Assembly: GCF_009914755.1 (NCBI RefSeq)
Contig: NC_060940.1
Reading direction: 5' to 3' (one strand)
Source: the human T2T-CHM13v2.0 reference genome, Homo sapiens
DNA length: 64,000 nucleotides
Positions 1 to 15,239 of this stretch are shown piece by piece. Below the pieces are notes generated by a model that was not told where the DNA came from, made no database searches, and was given only the letters and a program-made list of their open reading frames with translations. The translations under genes were made by a program, and so were the position numbers. The stretch's first letter is position 1. Every line of letters starts with the position of its first letter.

Positions 1-677
<677 letters not shown>

Positions 678-729
678 AGATAGACAGATAGATAGATCAT
701 CATATACACTAACACACACATAAAATCTT

Positions 730-1600
730 CAGGTCCAAGCACAGCATATATAAGCAAGATGAATGCAAAGAAATTCATAGCTAGACATATTGCAGTGAAA
801 CCACAGAACATCAAAGACAGAGAAGACTTAAAAGCTCACAGGGGAAAGGGGCAGATAACCTTCAAAAACACTACATTTAGATCACCACCTGAGTTTTCAG
901 GCAAAGCAATAGAAGCCAAAAGACTCTGGAATAACATCTCCAAAATTCTAAAAGAAAACAACCATCATTCTAGAATTGCGCTTCAGGCAAATGTGTCTTT
1001 TAAGAATGAGTGTGAAATGATGACACTTCCATATAAACAAAAACTGAGAGATTTTTACCACTGATAAATTCCCACTAAAAGAATACTAAAAAAAAAAAAA
1101 AAAAGCCCAGAAAAAAAAATTTCGAGTGTAAGAATAGTTAGCAAGTAAGCTTACAAACTGAGAGATAAATCTAAAACATTATCTGTGTAAAATATTAATA
1201 GTAACAATCTGATTTGTGAGAATTTAAGATGAGATTGAAACTACTGACAACATTGACATTTAAGTAATGGGGAAGTCATTGACATTAAAGTATCATAAAG
1301 TCCTTATAGTATTTGGAAGGGGAAGTTAAGATATTTATGGGCTTTCAATTTTCCTTGATACACACAATAAAATTTCAAGGGAGAGATGATAGAAAAGAGG
1401 TTTTAAATTTTTGGAATTTTAGAATTTTTAGAATCTTAATATTTGAATTTGGAATTTTAGAATTCCAACAAGTAAAGGGAAAAGCAGAGTTTGAAAACAA
1501 AACAAAAACAAACAAAAAACCTCAATTTAAAGAAAAGAAAGAAAAGAAGCATGAAGAAAAATGGAATAAATCTTAGAAACCATATAGTGTGAACAAAGCA
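730..1600 (+). mobile_element. Ancient L1M/HAL1-like fragment (ORF1 C-terminal remnant)
   Basis: ORF 759-1064 (RHIAVK..ITFK..EAKRLWNNISKILKENN..SFKNE..KQKLRDF) resembles L1 ORF1p C-terminal region; A-rich plus strand. Confidence 0.75.
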
Positions 1601-1620
1601 AGTCTTAAAATATTATTTAA

Positions 1621-1917
<297 letters not shown>

Positions 1918-2125
1918 TTAAGGTATGAGACCATCTTTATAAAGCTCAAAAGCAAGCAAAACTGATAAAGCTTTGTGGTAAAGCTAATAAAGCAAAGAAA
2001 GGGGATGATAAACACAAAACAGGATTGTAGATTTCCACATGGGGATAGGATGGGGGATGCAAGAGGCACTTTTCATCCAGATGGATCCAGTAGAACTGTT
2101 CATTTTAGTCAATCAGTTAGGCACT

Positions 2126-2844
2126 TAATGTAGTTTGGATATTTGATCCTCCCAACATCGTGTTGAAATCTCTCCCCATGTTGGAGGTGGGACCTATTGG
2201 GAGGTGTTTGGGGCAGGGGAGTTGATTGCTCATGAATGACTTGCTGCCATTCTCAAAGAAGTGAGTTCTCATTTTGGGCTGGGTGCAGTGGATCATGCCT
2301 GTAATCCCAGCACTTTGGCAGGCAGAGGCGGGAGGATCACATGAGACCAGGAGTTCCAGACCAGCCTGGCCAACATGAAGAACCTCTGCCTCCACTAAAA
2401 ATACAAAAATTAGCAGGGCGTGGTGGTAGGCGCCTATAGTCCCAGCTACTCAGGAGACTGAGGCACAAGAATCACTTGAACCTGCGAGGTGGAGACTGCA
2501 GTGAGCCAAGATCATGCCACTGCCCTCCAGCCTGGGCAACAAAGGGATATCCTGTCTCAAAAAAAAAAAAGTTCTCATTCTTAGTCCCAGGAGAACTAGT
2601 TGCTGAAAAGAGCCTGGCATCTCCTCCTCTCTCTCTCGCTTCCTCTCTCACCACGTCATCTGTGCACACAGTCCCTCCACTTCCCCTTCTGCCCTAAGTG
2701 GAAACAGCTTGAGGCCCCACCAGAAGCAGATGCAGTGTCAGGCTTCTTGTACAGACTGCAGAACCATACACCAAATAAACCGCTTTTTAAAATAAAGTGC
2801 CCAGTCTCAAGTATTCCTTTATAGCACACAAATGGACTAAGACA
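2126..2844 (+). mobile_element. MST-family MaLR solo LTR, split by an Alu at 2277-2570
   Basis: gtttggatatttg..gttggaggtggg start; ccaaataaac..ggactaagaca end; nested Alu flanked by TSD gttctcatt. Confidence 0.85.
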
Positions 2845-2950
2845 GCAATGATTTTATGGGTCTTCATTTTGTTGATATGTTTGATAACTTACATGTTATA
2901 TATATATTATTTGTGTGTTTCAAATATTGCATTAAAAATATTTAAAAATA

Positions 2951-3262
2951 GGCCAGGCATGGTGGCTCACGCCTGTAATCACAGTACTTTGGGAGGCCGA
3001 GGCAGGTAGATGGCATGAGGTCAGGAGTTCAAGACCAGGCTGGCCAACATGGCGAAACTCCGTCTTTACTAAAAATACAAAAAAAAAAAAAATTAGCCAG
3101 GTGTGATGGCCAGTGCCCGTAATCCCAGCTCCTCAGGAGGCTGAGGCAGGAGAATGGCCTGAACCCAGGCAGCAGAGGTTGCAGTGAGCCGAGATCACGC
3201 CAGGGCACTCCAGCCTGGGCAACAGAGTGAGACTCTGCCTCAGAAAAAAATTAAAAATAAAA
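2951..3262 (+). mobile_element. Alu (AluS)
   Basis: Full dimer. Confidence 0.95.
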
Positions 3263-4538
3263 TTAAATGCAGAAAACAATAGGAGGGTAAGTTTCCCGAG
3301 GACAAGAGCAAAACCAGAGCTTTTCTGTATCCCATCTACTGTACACACAGTGGGCCCTCAACAAATATCTGCTTACATTACAGCCAGGGAATTTGTTTAC
3401 TTTAGTGCATTACAAAAGAATGAGAAAAGCCGAGTCTTCTCAAAAGCAAACGTCAACGCGGCAGACAGAGGACTAAATTACATGATAACACAGCATATAA
3501 TATAGTATAATGGGCATGATACAGGTAATAATAACAGAAAAACAAATCTGTTTTTCAGCCATGAATTACACTGTGTCTGTGGCTTTGGGCAAGAAGCATG
3601 CCTGTAGTTACCCTGGGCTGCAAGTTGTTAAATCATGATGGATGATCCCATAAGGAACCAAACAAGATCAGTGGAATTCATTGATTTGCCGGGTGCCCTG
3701 GGAATTCTTTCATTTCCCCCCAGACCTGACTGCCTCCTCCTATTACTGGGGCAGCAGTTGGGCTATACCACACAGACTAGCCATGAAGCGGGAGAGAGGC
3801 CCAGAAATACAAAGCCAGCATTCCAGGTCTAGCCACAAAGATTATAAAATAAGCAGCTCTCTACATCCAATCCAAAGCAACGAGAAGGTGGTTGGGTGGA
3901 GGCTGGAAGGACACACTCAAGAATTAAAACTTAGATCTGCAACTGCTGGTTTTGTGTCCGAGAGTGGATTATTTTGCCTGCATACAGCTCAGTTTTTGCA
4001 TTAGGAAAATAGGAATCATAATGTCTAATTCAAGGATTATTTGGAAGACATCTGCTTGCACCAGATCTAGCACATAGTGGGTGCTCTGCAAATGTCTCCT
4101 TTCCTCAGTAAGTTTCCACACATCTTCACCTCTGACCTTCAACTTGTAAATAAAGCAGAGATTGCAATGCTGCGTGACAGAGGAGAAAAATGCTATCTAA
4201 AACTACTACTGACTGCAGCTGCTTCTGTCCCTAAGGGAGACACATTATTTCTCTCCAGACTAAATATATTTTCTTTTGCAAAATACTTTGATAGGCAGCT
4301 TTGGTTATGAAATGTGAGGCCCCCCAGGGCACAGTTTAGAAGAAGACAGTGAAACAAAGAAGTAGTGAAATAGCTCTGCGTTGTAAAAATGAACAGAGAT
4401 GCCAGGGTTTGGCGGTATGCTAGGAAGCGCAGTGATAAGAGAAAGCACATTGCAACAGCAATCCCTGTTGCTGTTCTTCACCTGACAGCCCGTCCTCTCC
4501 TCTTCCACTACTTTATAGCTGTCATTAGAAATTAATCT

Positions 4539-4867
<329 letters not shown>

Positions 4868-7800
4868 TTAGAAAAAGAAAAATAAACAAAATAAAGAAAT
4901 TATCAGCATCTTACTTACTATATAGTCTACTTATTCACTGTATGTCTCTTCCCTCAAGAAAGGAAGTTTCCTAAGGGCAGCATTTATGTGTATTTTATTC
5001 ATTGTCGTTTCTCCAGAGCCCAGAAGAGTGCTTGGAAAATAAGAGGTATTCATTATGTTTTTCTTCAATAAATGACTAAGAGGGGAGTTTTAAAGCAAAA
5101 CTTCTACTGCCAAACTGCAGCTCAATGAGAATACAAAACTATTGTTTTAAGTGTGAGTTTAGGGGTTGTTTGTTATATGGCATTATTGTAGCAACAGCTG
5201 ACTAATACAGATAGCAATATTGGTTGCATTCAGATATGATTTAAATCACATCAAAGTTGCAAGACTGAGGTTTGGGGCTCAGATTCTCCTGAATTTAATC
5301 CTGTCCCATTATATCAGAGCCTCTCTTTTCTCCTCTGTAGGGAATAAACCCTCCTTCTGGAGTGATGAAATGATAACCTTCTTCACAGGTCACTGTGAGA
5401 ATTAAAACACCACTTTTTTCATAAAAAGCACTCAATAAATATCAGTCATTACCATCTATCTACTCAAACAATTCTGATGTTTAATGGGTTCACTTATTCT
5501 CCAGGTAAAGTCAGTCCTGCTAAAAAATGAACATAAGATTTTGATCCTGTACAGTGCTTGAAGTTAAAGGTATGTAATATGAAATAATATTTTTTGAATA
5601 AATTAGCAAAGTCAAATTAATTATAACACTTAAAGCTTATGAAGCAAAATGGTTATTTGCACTCATTAAAAATAGGTATAACTTCCTTGTTTTTTTGAGA
5701 TGTAATATGACCATATTTTATTAAGAACCATAAAAAATCTTTAGATATTTTGATCAATGTCTACCTTCTAGAATTTATGTTAAGGAAATTATTGTAAATT
5801 TTTAAAAAAATATTTTGTGAATGCACATCTTTATTGAAGCATATTTGGTTGCATACTACTTTGAATTCAGAAATAGAAAGTCAACAGAAAATGCCATTCT
5901 CATGCAAATAATCAAAACAAATTAGATGAGCTACAAAGCTATTTGGAAAAAAAAAAACCTTCAGTGAACTAAGGACAGAGAAAAATCCAAATGAACTAAA
6001 TTCCACAAAGTGAAGATCATTTTAGAGGAGAGGAGAGATTTACTACAGGTCTTATCAAAAGCATGCTCTTTTGGATGTAAATATTTTTTACTTTAGTCTC
6101 TACTGTTCTTTTATACAGAATTTTCAGTATACAATCAAACATTAGAAGACATATTAATATTTTTTTAAAGAACAACAAAAAAGTGGCCTATAGTTAAGAG
6201 TAGAAACAATCAAGAAAAACAGATCCACAGATGACTCAGATGTTGGAATTATTAGACAGGGAATTTAAAATAACTATAATAAAAATGCCAAAAGCCTAAC
6301 GAAAAATATAGATAACATGCATGAAGAAATGGAAAATTTCCTAAAGACACGTTCACCAGGAAACATTAGAAGAAAATCAAATGGGATAAGTAGCAATGAA
6401 AAATACAGTATTAGAAATCAATAACATCAGATGTACTTAACAGCACACTGGAAAAAAAACAGATGAAAGCATCAGGGACTAAAGGCAGATCAATAGAAAG
6501 TATCCAAACTGAAACACAAAAGGCAAAAATAGTGGAAAAAATACAACAGAATATTCAAGATCTGTTGGACAGTATAAATGAATCTAACATGATATCAAGT
6601 GATGTAACAGAAGTTCCAGAAAGAGAAGAGAAAAACTGGATCGATAATATATTTGATATAATAACCATCTGAGAACATTCCAAAATGGATGAAAGACATA
6701 AACCTGTAGAGCCAAGAAGCTCAGTGAACCCTAAGCAAGATAAATATAAAGAAAACCTTACCTAGCTATGTAACAACCAAAAATCACATAAAACAATAAA
6801 CAGCAAATCTAAAAAGCAATAGGAATAAAATGACACATTAAATACATTAGAAAAAAATTTATGATGGCTAACTTTTCATCAGAATCTAGAATAAAAGCCA
6901 GAAAACAATTAAATGACATCATTGAGTACGACAAGAAAAAAGAAATGGAAGCAGAGAATTCTATGTCTAGCAAAAAATATCCTTCAAAATGAAGATGAAA
7001 TAAAGATATCCTTAGAGAGACAAAATCTGAGATACTTGCTGATACTTCAGGCTGAGGGAAATTATATCAGATGGAACCCCAGATGTGCAGAAAGGAATTA
7101 AAAACACCAGAAAAGGTAAATATTTGTATAAATGGAAAAGACCTTTTTTGACTTTTATTTTTACATTTATAATTTCTCAAATATTTAAGTGACTATTTAC
7201 AGTGTAGACTGGAAATAATAACGTATGATAGGATTAATACCATATGTGTCACTGTAACACAGAATATAACAAGAGCACAAAAGGCAGGATTGGACATAAG
7301 TGGAATTATACTGCAGCATGATTTTTATACTGTGAATTAGGTTAAACATTGTTTGAAGGTATACTGTGAACATTTACATGTAGTTTCTATAGTAACCACT
7401 AAATTTTTTAAAAAGGAAATATAATCTAACTATCCACAGAGGATATAAAAGTAATATTAAGAATACTTAATTTTCCCCTGAAAAGACAAAAATGAACAAA
7501 GGAATAAAGAATAAATACCATAAATATAAAACAAATACCAAGATGGGAGACATAAGTTGAATCATATCAATAATTACCTTAAATGTAAATGGACTAACTC
7601 CTCTAATAAAAAGTCAGAGCTTAGTAAATTGGATATGAAAGGCAACACCCAACTATAGGTTGTTTTTGAGAAACACAATTTTATTATAAAGATACAGGCC
7701 AATAGAAAGTAAAAGGATAGAAAAAGATATAGTATGAAAACACCAAAAATAAGAAATCTGGTATGACTATGTTAATATCAGACAATGTAGCATTTAAACA

Positions 7801-7992
7801 AAGAGTATGACTGGATATTAAGAAGAATACCTCAAAATAATAAAAAAAGGATAATTGAGAAGAAAACAATCATGAATATAGACGTACCTAACAACACATT
7901 TCCAAAACTCACAAAGGAAAAACTGACAGAACTGAAAGGAGAAATAAAAAAAAATTCACAATCATAGTTGGAGAATGTAAACCCTCTTGGTG

Positions 7993-8200
7993 CAGGTTGA
8001 ACATCCCTTATCCAGAATGCTTGAGACCAGAAGGATTTTGGATTTTTCCGGACTTTGGAATATTTGCATTATACTTACTGGTTGAGCATTCCTAATATGA
8101 AACTCCAAATCCAATGAGCATTTACTCTGAGCACTCAAAAAGTTTTAGATTTTGGAGCATTCCAGATTTCAGATTTTCAAATTAGGGATGCTCAACTTAT
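7993..8200. mobile_element. Tigger4a/Zombi-like MITE nested in the L1
   Basis: Inverted ends caggttgaacatccct ... agggatgctcaactt. Confidence 0.8.
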
Positions 8201-9190
8201 AACTGATAGAACAAGCAGATCAAAGATTCAGTAAACACTATTTGAACAACTCTGTAAACCAAACTGACATAATATTTTAAACTACTACATCCAACAGCTG
8301 CAGAAAACTCATTCTTTTAAAGTTGTCATGGAACATTCAGCAAAATAGACCATATTCTGGATCATATAAAAGTATTAATGAATATCAAAGAATGAAATCA
8401 TACAGAGTAACACGATAGAATAAAATCATTCACAGTAAGATATCTAGCAAATCCCCTAAGTATTGGGCAATAAAACAACCCTCTCCTAAATAACCCATAG
8501 ATCAAAAAAGAAATCATAAAGGAAACTGTAAAATATTTTGAACTGAATAATATGAAAATATATCAAAATTTGTGAAATAAAGCTAACACAGTGCTTAGAA
8601 GAAAATTTATGACTTTAAATACTTACACTGGAGAAGAAAGGTATATACAACCTTCCATCTTAAGAAGCTAGAAAAAGAAGAAGAGGGTAAACCTAAAGCA
8701 AGTAAAAGAAAGGAAATACTAATAGTAAAGTGGCAATACAAAGTCTTAACAACAATGGACAAAAAAAAGAGGGAAAGCACAAATTGCCCACATAAATAAA
8801 AATGAAACATCACTACATATTCTAAAAAATGTTAAAAGGGATAAATATTAAAACATTCTAACAATTCAACAACTTATATTAATTAATCCAAATCACAAAT
8901 TACTAACAACTGAAGACACAGAAAATAAATAACCCCATAGCTATTAAAGAAATTAAATTTGTAAAACCTTTCTAAAAAGAAAATTTTCCACATATATGGT
9001 TCATTAGTAAATTCTACAAAACATGTAAGGGAGAAATATCAATATTGCACAAATTCGGAACATAGAGGAAGAGGTATCACTTCCCAATTTAATATAGAAG
9101 GCCAGCATCACCCTGACCCCAAAATATAACAAAGCTATTACAAGTAAAAAAATAACAGCCTAATCCCTCATGAACATAGGCAAAAATTTC

Positions 9191-9494
<304 letters not shown>

Positions 9495-9540
9495 CATAGG
9501 CACAAAAATTCTAAACCAAATATTTGCAAACAGAATCCAG

Positions 9541-9690
9541 CTCTCTCTCTATATATATGTATACATATCTATATATATATCTATAGATACATGTATATCT
9601 ATAGATGTATATATATAGATATATATAGATACATATATCTATAGATACATTTATATGTATCTATAGATATATATGCATACATACATATAA
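9541..9690. repeat. AT-rich (TA/TATC/TAGA)n palindromic simple repeat
   Basis: Visible directly. Confidence 0.9.
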
Positions 9691-10419
9691 AGAATAATAC
9701 ATCATGACCAAGCAAGGTTTATTCCAAGAAAGCAAGGTTGGTTTAATGAAAATCAATCAATATAATTCATCATACTATAACGGAGTAAGAGGGAAAACCA
9801 TTTGATCATTTCAAAATACACAGAAAAAAAATTTGACAGAAATCATTATTTCTTTATGATAAAAACACTCAGTGAAACTAGGAATAGATGGGAACATCTC
9901 CAATATGATAAGGTTCATCTTTAAAAACCTACAGTTAATATCATAATTAATAAAATATTAAATCTTTTTCTCCTAAAATCTGGAACAACAAAAGGATGCC
10001 CACTCTCATATGCTGTGTTCAGTATTTACTGAAGTTTTTAGCCAGAACATAAGGCAAATAAAAGAAAGAAAAGGCACAAAGTTAGAAAAGAAGTAAACTG
10101 TCATTATTTACAAAAACATAATTTGTCTAAAACCTGGAAGCAAAACTAATATCCAAAAATAGATCCTTTGACTACATTTCAGGGAATCCATTTAACAGAC
10201 TATTCTGTAGTCATTTAGAATGAGATTCTATTAACAGTGCTAATAAAATGGAAAGTGTTTGCTAAAACCAGCTGTAAAAAACATTTTAGGGGAATGGTGG
10301 GGAAACATGGACTGGTTATTAGACAATTTTAAAGAGTTATTTTTCTCTTTGTTAGAAGTGATGGTGCTATGTGGTTATGTGAAATTTTGCATTTTAAGAA
10401 ACGCATTCTTAATCATTTA

Positions 10420-10645
10420 GACCAAAGGTTTTCAACCTCAGCACTACCGGCATTTAGAACCAGATAATTCTTTGTTTTGGAGGGGGCAGTCCTGTGCATT
10501 GTAGTATGTTTAGTAACATCCCTGATCTCTACCAGGGATGCAGGCATGCTTTCTTTTGTGACAACCAACATTGTCTCCAGACAGTGCCAAAAGTCCTCTT
10601 GCGGAGGACAAGGGTCAAAATCACCCTCAGTTGAGAGCCACTGAT
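10420..10645. mobile_element. MER20 (hAT) fossil
   Basis: tcaacctcagcact..ataattctttgtt..gtgacaacc..tgtctccagaca..gttgagagccactg. Confidence 0.85.
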
Positions 10646-10744
10646 TTAGGGTTTAATATCATGATGTCTGTACTTTCTTTTGAACCACTTAAGAAAAAAA
10701 ATGCACAAAGAAAATATAATATTAGTGTTAATTCTAAGCGATAA

Positions 10745-11116
<372 letters not shown>

Positions 11117-11262
11117 GACATACTTGTTATATATATACTTTTTATTTTATTTTATTATACTATCTACTTTTCTGTTTGAAAGTTTCATAATAAAAGTCAA
11201 AATAATTATAATATGCTATAAATGGAAAATGCAATACAATTGTATGGCACTACGATTAAAAG

Positions 11263-11397
11263 TATACCTAATGCTAAATGACGAGTTAATGGGTGCAGCA
11301 CACCAACATGGCACATGTATACATACGTAACTAACCTGCACGTTGTGCACGTGTACCCTAAAACTTAAAGTATAATAATAAAAAAAATGAAAAAAAT
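11263..11397 (+). mobile_element. Short young L1PA (PA2-PA4-like) 3' end
   Basis: atacctaatgctaaatgacgagttaatgggtgcagcacaccaacatggcacatgtatac..aaacttaaagtataataa plus poly-A. Confidence 0.9.
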
Positions 11398-12223
11398 ATG
11401 CAAAATTACATATACAAAAACTACTCAAAGGAGTATGTTCAAGAGGAGTAAGTCTTTTCCGCAGTGTGCCCCAGCCACTCCAGCGACAGTGGGGATCAAT
11501 GTAGGTTGGCTGTGCCACAGCCACCTGAATTCACTATGATCATTAATCCTCTCCTCCCATCTTTTGTGCTTTACCAGCTGTATAATGAATCCTAGGATAA
11601 AGTAGAAACAAGGAGGAATCAAAGAGAATGTAAAGAACAGTTTCTCCCCAAGAAGAACTCTGAAGATGATTCATCCTTCCAAGCCAGATCTCTTGTCGGA
11701 AAAAAAAAAAAAAAAAGTGACTGGCCCAAAGCATATCCAAGAGGAAGCATTGGAATGACCAGTTGACAGCCAGGACTTCCCACTCTAGAGTTGTCATTGT
11801 CCCAGAATAGAGTGACAATTAAAATCTTGGAGGAGTCACCCAAGAAGCATTTGATCTTAGGATTAAATGAAATTTATCCCCTCAATATTGGAGAGAAGTA
11901 GCAGAACAAAGGAACACCCTCTATGAAACACTTAAGGAAAATGAGAAGCTTCACAGAGAAATTGAAGAAAGAACAATGAAATTGACCACTTGGAAAAGGA
12001 GAGTAAACAACTGGCAAAAGCGGCAGAGTACAGTATATGACAGAGGCAACCCAGAGACTGAATGATGAACCTCTGGATAACTCTGAAGCACCAGATAGTC
12101 AGGAATTTGATTCTGAAGAGAAAACTGGTGAAGATTCTCAAGTGGAAAACCCAAAAATTGGCACATGCACTGAGAATCCTGTCTTCCTCTACAGATGCAA
12201 AACCTTGCATGTAAAATTTAGGA

Positions 12224-12670
12224 TTCACAATTGTCGAGATATGAAACCAACCTAAGTGCCCATCGACCAATGAGTGGATAAAGAAAATGTGTGGTACATA
12301 TACACCATGGAATACTACTCAGCCATGAAAAAATAATGATATAATAATGTCATTGCAGCAACTTGGATGGAGCTGGAGGCCATTATTCTAAGTGAAATAA
12401 CTCAGGAATGGAAAACCAAATACCATATATGCTCACTTATAAGTGGGAACTAAGCCATAGGTACATAAAGGCATACAGAGTGATATAATGGACACTGGAG
12501 ACTCAGAAGAGGAGAGGATGAAAAGGGAATGAAGGATACAAAAACTACATATTGGGTACAGTGTACACTACTCAGGTGACAGGTACTAAAATCTTAGACT
12601 TTACCACTATATAATTTATAATTCATCCATGTAACCAAAAACCACTTGAACCCCAAAAGCTATTGAAATA
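12224..12670 (+). mobile_element. L1PB-like 3' fragment inserted just after the GMNN stop codon
   Basis: gagtggataaagaaaatgtg..ggaatactactcagcc..ggagctggaggccattattctaagtg..cccaaaagctattgaaata. Confidence 0.88.
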
Positions 12671-12746
12671 TATGTATATGTAAACACACACACACACATA
12701 TGTAAGTCTTACATGTTAAACCTATTAATATTTGACTCTTGAGAAA

Positions 12747-13472
12747 TATACCATCCAGTGGGTTCACCTGGCCCCCTGCCTAGACAGAGCCAATTTAGCA
12801 AGATGGGGGAACTGCAGTGGAAAAACAGTAATTCACACGGAGCCACGTGTGCGGGAGACCTGAGTTTTATTATTATTCAAATCAGCCTTCCTGGAGCATT
12901 TGGGGATCAGAGTTTTTAGAGATAATTTGGTGGGTAGCGGCTCAGGAAGTGGTGCTGATTGGTCAGGTTGGAGATGGTATCATAGGGGGTCGAAGTGAGG
13001 TTTTTTTGTGGTCTTCTGTTCCTGGGTGGGATGGCAGAACTGGGAGCCAAGTTACCAGTCTGGGTGGTGTCAGCTGATCCACTGAGTGCAGGGTTTGCAA
13101 AATATCTCAAGCACTGATCTTAAGTTTTACAATAATGACGCTATCCCTAGGAGCAATCTGGGGAGGTTCAGACTCTTGGAGTCAGGGGCTGCATGACCCC
13201 TAAACCATAATTTCCAATCTTGTAGCCAATTTGTTAGTCCTACAAAGGCAGACTGGTCACCAGGCAAGAAGGGGGTCTTTTCAGGAAAGGGCTATTAACA
13301 ATTTTGTTTCAGAGTCAAACTGTAAACTAAATTCCTTCCCAAGGTTATTTCGGCCTATGCCCAGGAATGAATAGGGATAGCTTTAAGATTAGATGCAAGG
13401 TGTAGTTGGTTAGGTCTGATCTCTTTCACTGTCATAATTTCCTCAGTTATAATTTCTGCAAAGGCAGTTTCA
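12747..13472 (-). mobile_element. LTR8-like ERV1 solo LTR inserted in the GMNN 3'UTR
   Basis: Minus strand starts tgaaactgcctttgcagaaatt; plus strand tgggttcacctggccccctgcctagacagagcc. Confidence 0.8.
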
Positions 13473-14876
13473 AGTTTACCTCCAGTATAGTTCTTTAAAG
13501 CAGAACACATAACTACATAATGCAACCTCTGAGATCAAAATTCTTTGTTTGAATCCTGGGACCCTATTGTATTAAAATACAAACACTGTATATTTTTAAT
13601 TTATGATGTTTTATGTGAACAGCATTTTCTCAATTGTCAGACATGACTTGTGTAAATGACTAAAGAAACTTCAATCTCCTATTGAAAAAAAAAAGAAATA
13701 TATTCAAGGGGTTGTGGACGAGTCTGAGTGTAATTCATGGTTGATTTCACTTCCTGGATGTTAAAGTAATCTGTAATTATCTGCTTTTATATTGAAAAAA
13801 ATTGACAAAATCTAACAGTGTCAAAATGCAATATTATTAATCATTCATGGCCTAATATTAGAAGAGAATTAGCAGAAAACACAGCAGAGAAGAGAGACTT
13901 GCAGACTGGAGGTCTTCCATCCACTACGAAGAAAGCATCTAGAGGCGGAATAGCTTTGAATGGGCATACATCTGCATAATGACTTTTCCTTTGTTCTTTT
14001 CTCACTGGCTAATTGAGTAACTCCTACAACAAATATGCCTTCAGACTTCACACCAGATTAGAGCCCTTTGTAAATAAAATTAAAGTTGGGAATATGCTTT
14101 CCCTAGCTGGTAAATAAATTCAGGAAGTCTGAGGTTTAGCACTGCATGCCAAGATGTCTAAGTAAATCTCAAATTCTTCCATATTTTGAAATAAACACCA
14201 AGGATTATCAAATGCCAAGAACTCCCAAGAAGAAAATAGCTCACCTCACTCTCTGAATCAGAGACCCTCTCCAATCAAAATGTCCCACCTGAAAAGTAGT
14301 CTTCTCTCCTACCCCATCACAGACATATGGATGTTACTGATGTCATGTGTGTCTGGAATATTGCCTGGTTCCTATGACAAGAACAATAAAATCTCTTAGT
14401 ATTCTGCGGCAAACAGTCTCTTTCTCATTTATCCACCTCTGCATTGAACATGAGTCCCTCCTATGGGCCCAGGCATTCTTCTAATCATTGGCATCACAAT
14501 AGTGAACCAAACAAAAATGCTGGTCCTCAGAGAGCTTAGTTTTTAGAGGGTTCTTCCAAAATCCTAGCAGTGGTGACCACAAGCAGAGGATAGATCCTGG
14601 GTAACCAGAGTCAGGTTATGCAATGCTTGTGTTCATCATGTCAGGATAAAAATCTTCATCTGATTTCAGACTCACCACACGGCATCGTCATAAGGTCATA
14701 AGTCATGGACTATTTGAGAAAGCACTAAGCTAAGAGGAGAAAAAGTGCCCTTGAACCTTTCTGAACCCAATGGTATCTGCCTAAGAGATGGGGAAGCTGA
14801 ACTAGGTCACACTGAGATGAGAAGGGGGCTCCACCCATGATGTCCTTGTCTCAGAATAAGTCAGCCTCTTATGCTA

Positions 14877-15224
<348 letters not shown>

Positions 15225-15239
15225 TCAGAGGAGCCCTCC

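Larger units (their letters stand above)
11447..13692 (+). pseudogene. GMNN: Processed pseudogene of geminin (CDS remnant 11585-12214; 3'UTR remnants ~12720-12746 and 13473-13684; poly-A ~13685-13694)
   Basis: ATG at 11585 reads [31 protein letters not shown] (GMNN: [32 protein letters not shown]). Later segments [61 protein letters not shown] (TAA 12212-12214). Intronless, with stops and frameshifts, poly-A, and degenerate TSD 11428-11446 / 13693-13711. The symbol is that of the parent gene. Confidence 0.93.

Noticed and set aside
759-1064. 101-aa ORF resembling L1 ORF1p or L1TD1
   Set aside because: Short fragment within a decayed L1-like element; no exon context or sign of domestication
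12037-12255. 72-aa geminin C-terminal-like ORF as a functional retrogene
   Set aside because: Upstream stops and frameshifts remove the destruction box and most of the coiled coil; the ORF frameshifts and runs into L1 sequence
11263-13692. L1PA-GMNN chimera or 3' transduction
   Set aside because: The L1PA piece is near consensus while GMNN is heavily diverged, and the GMNN TSD excludes the L1PA; these are independent insertions
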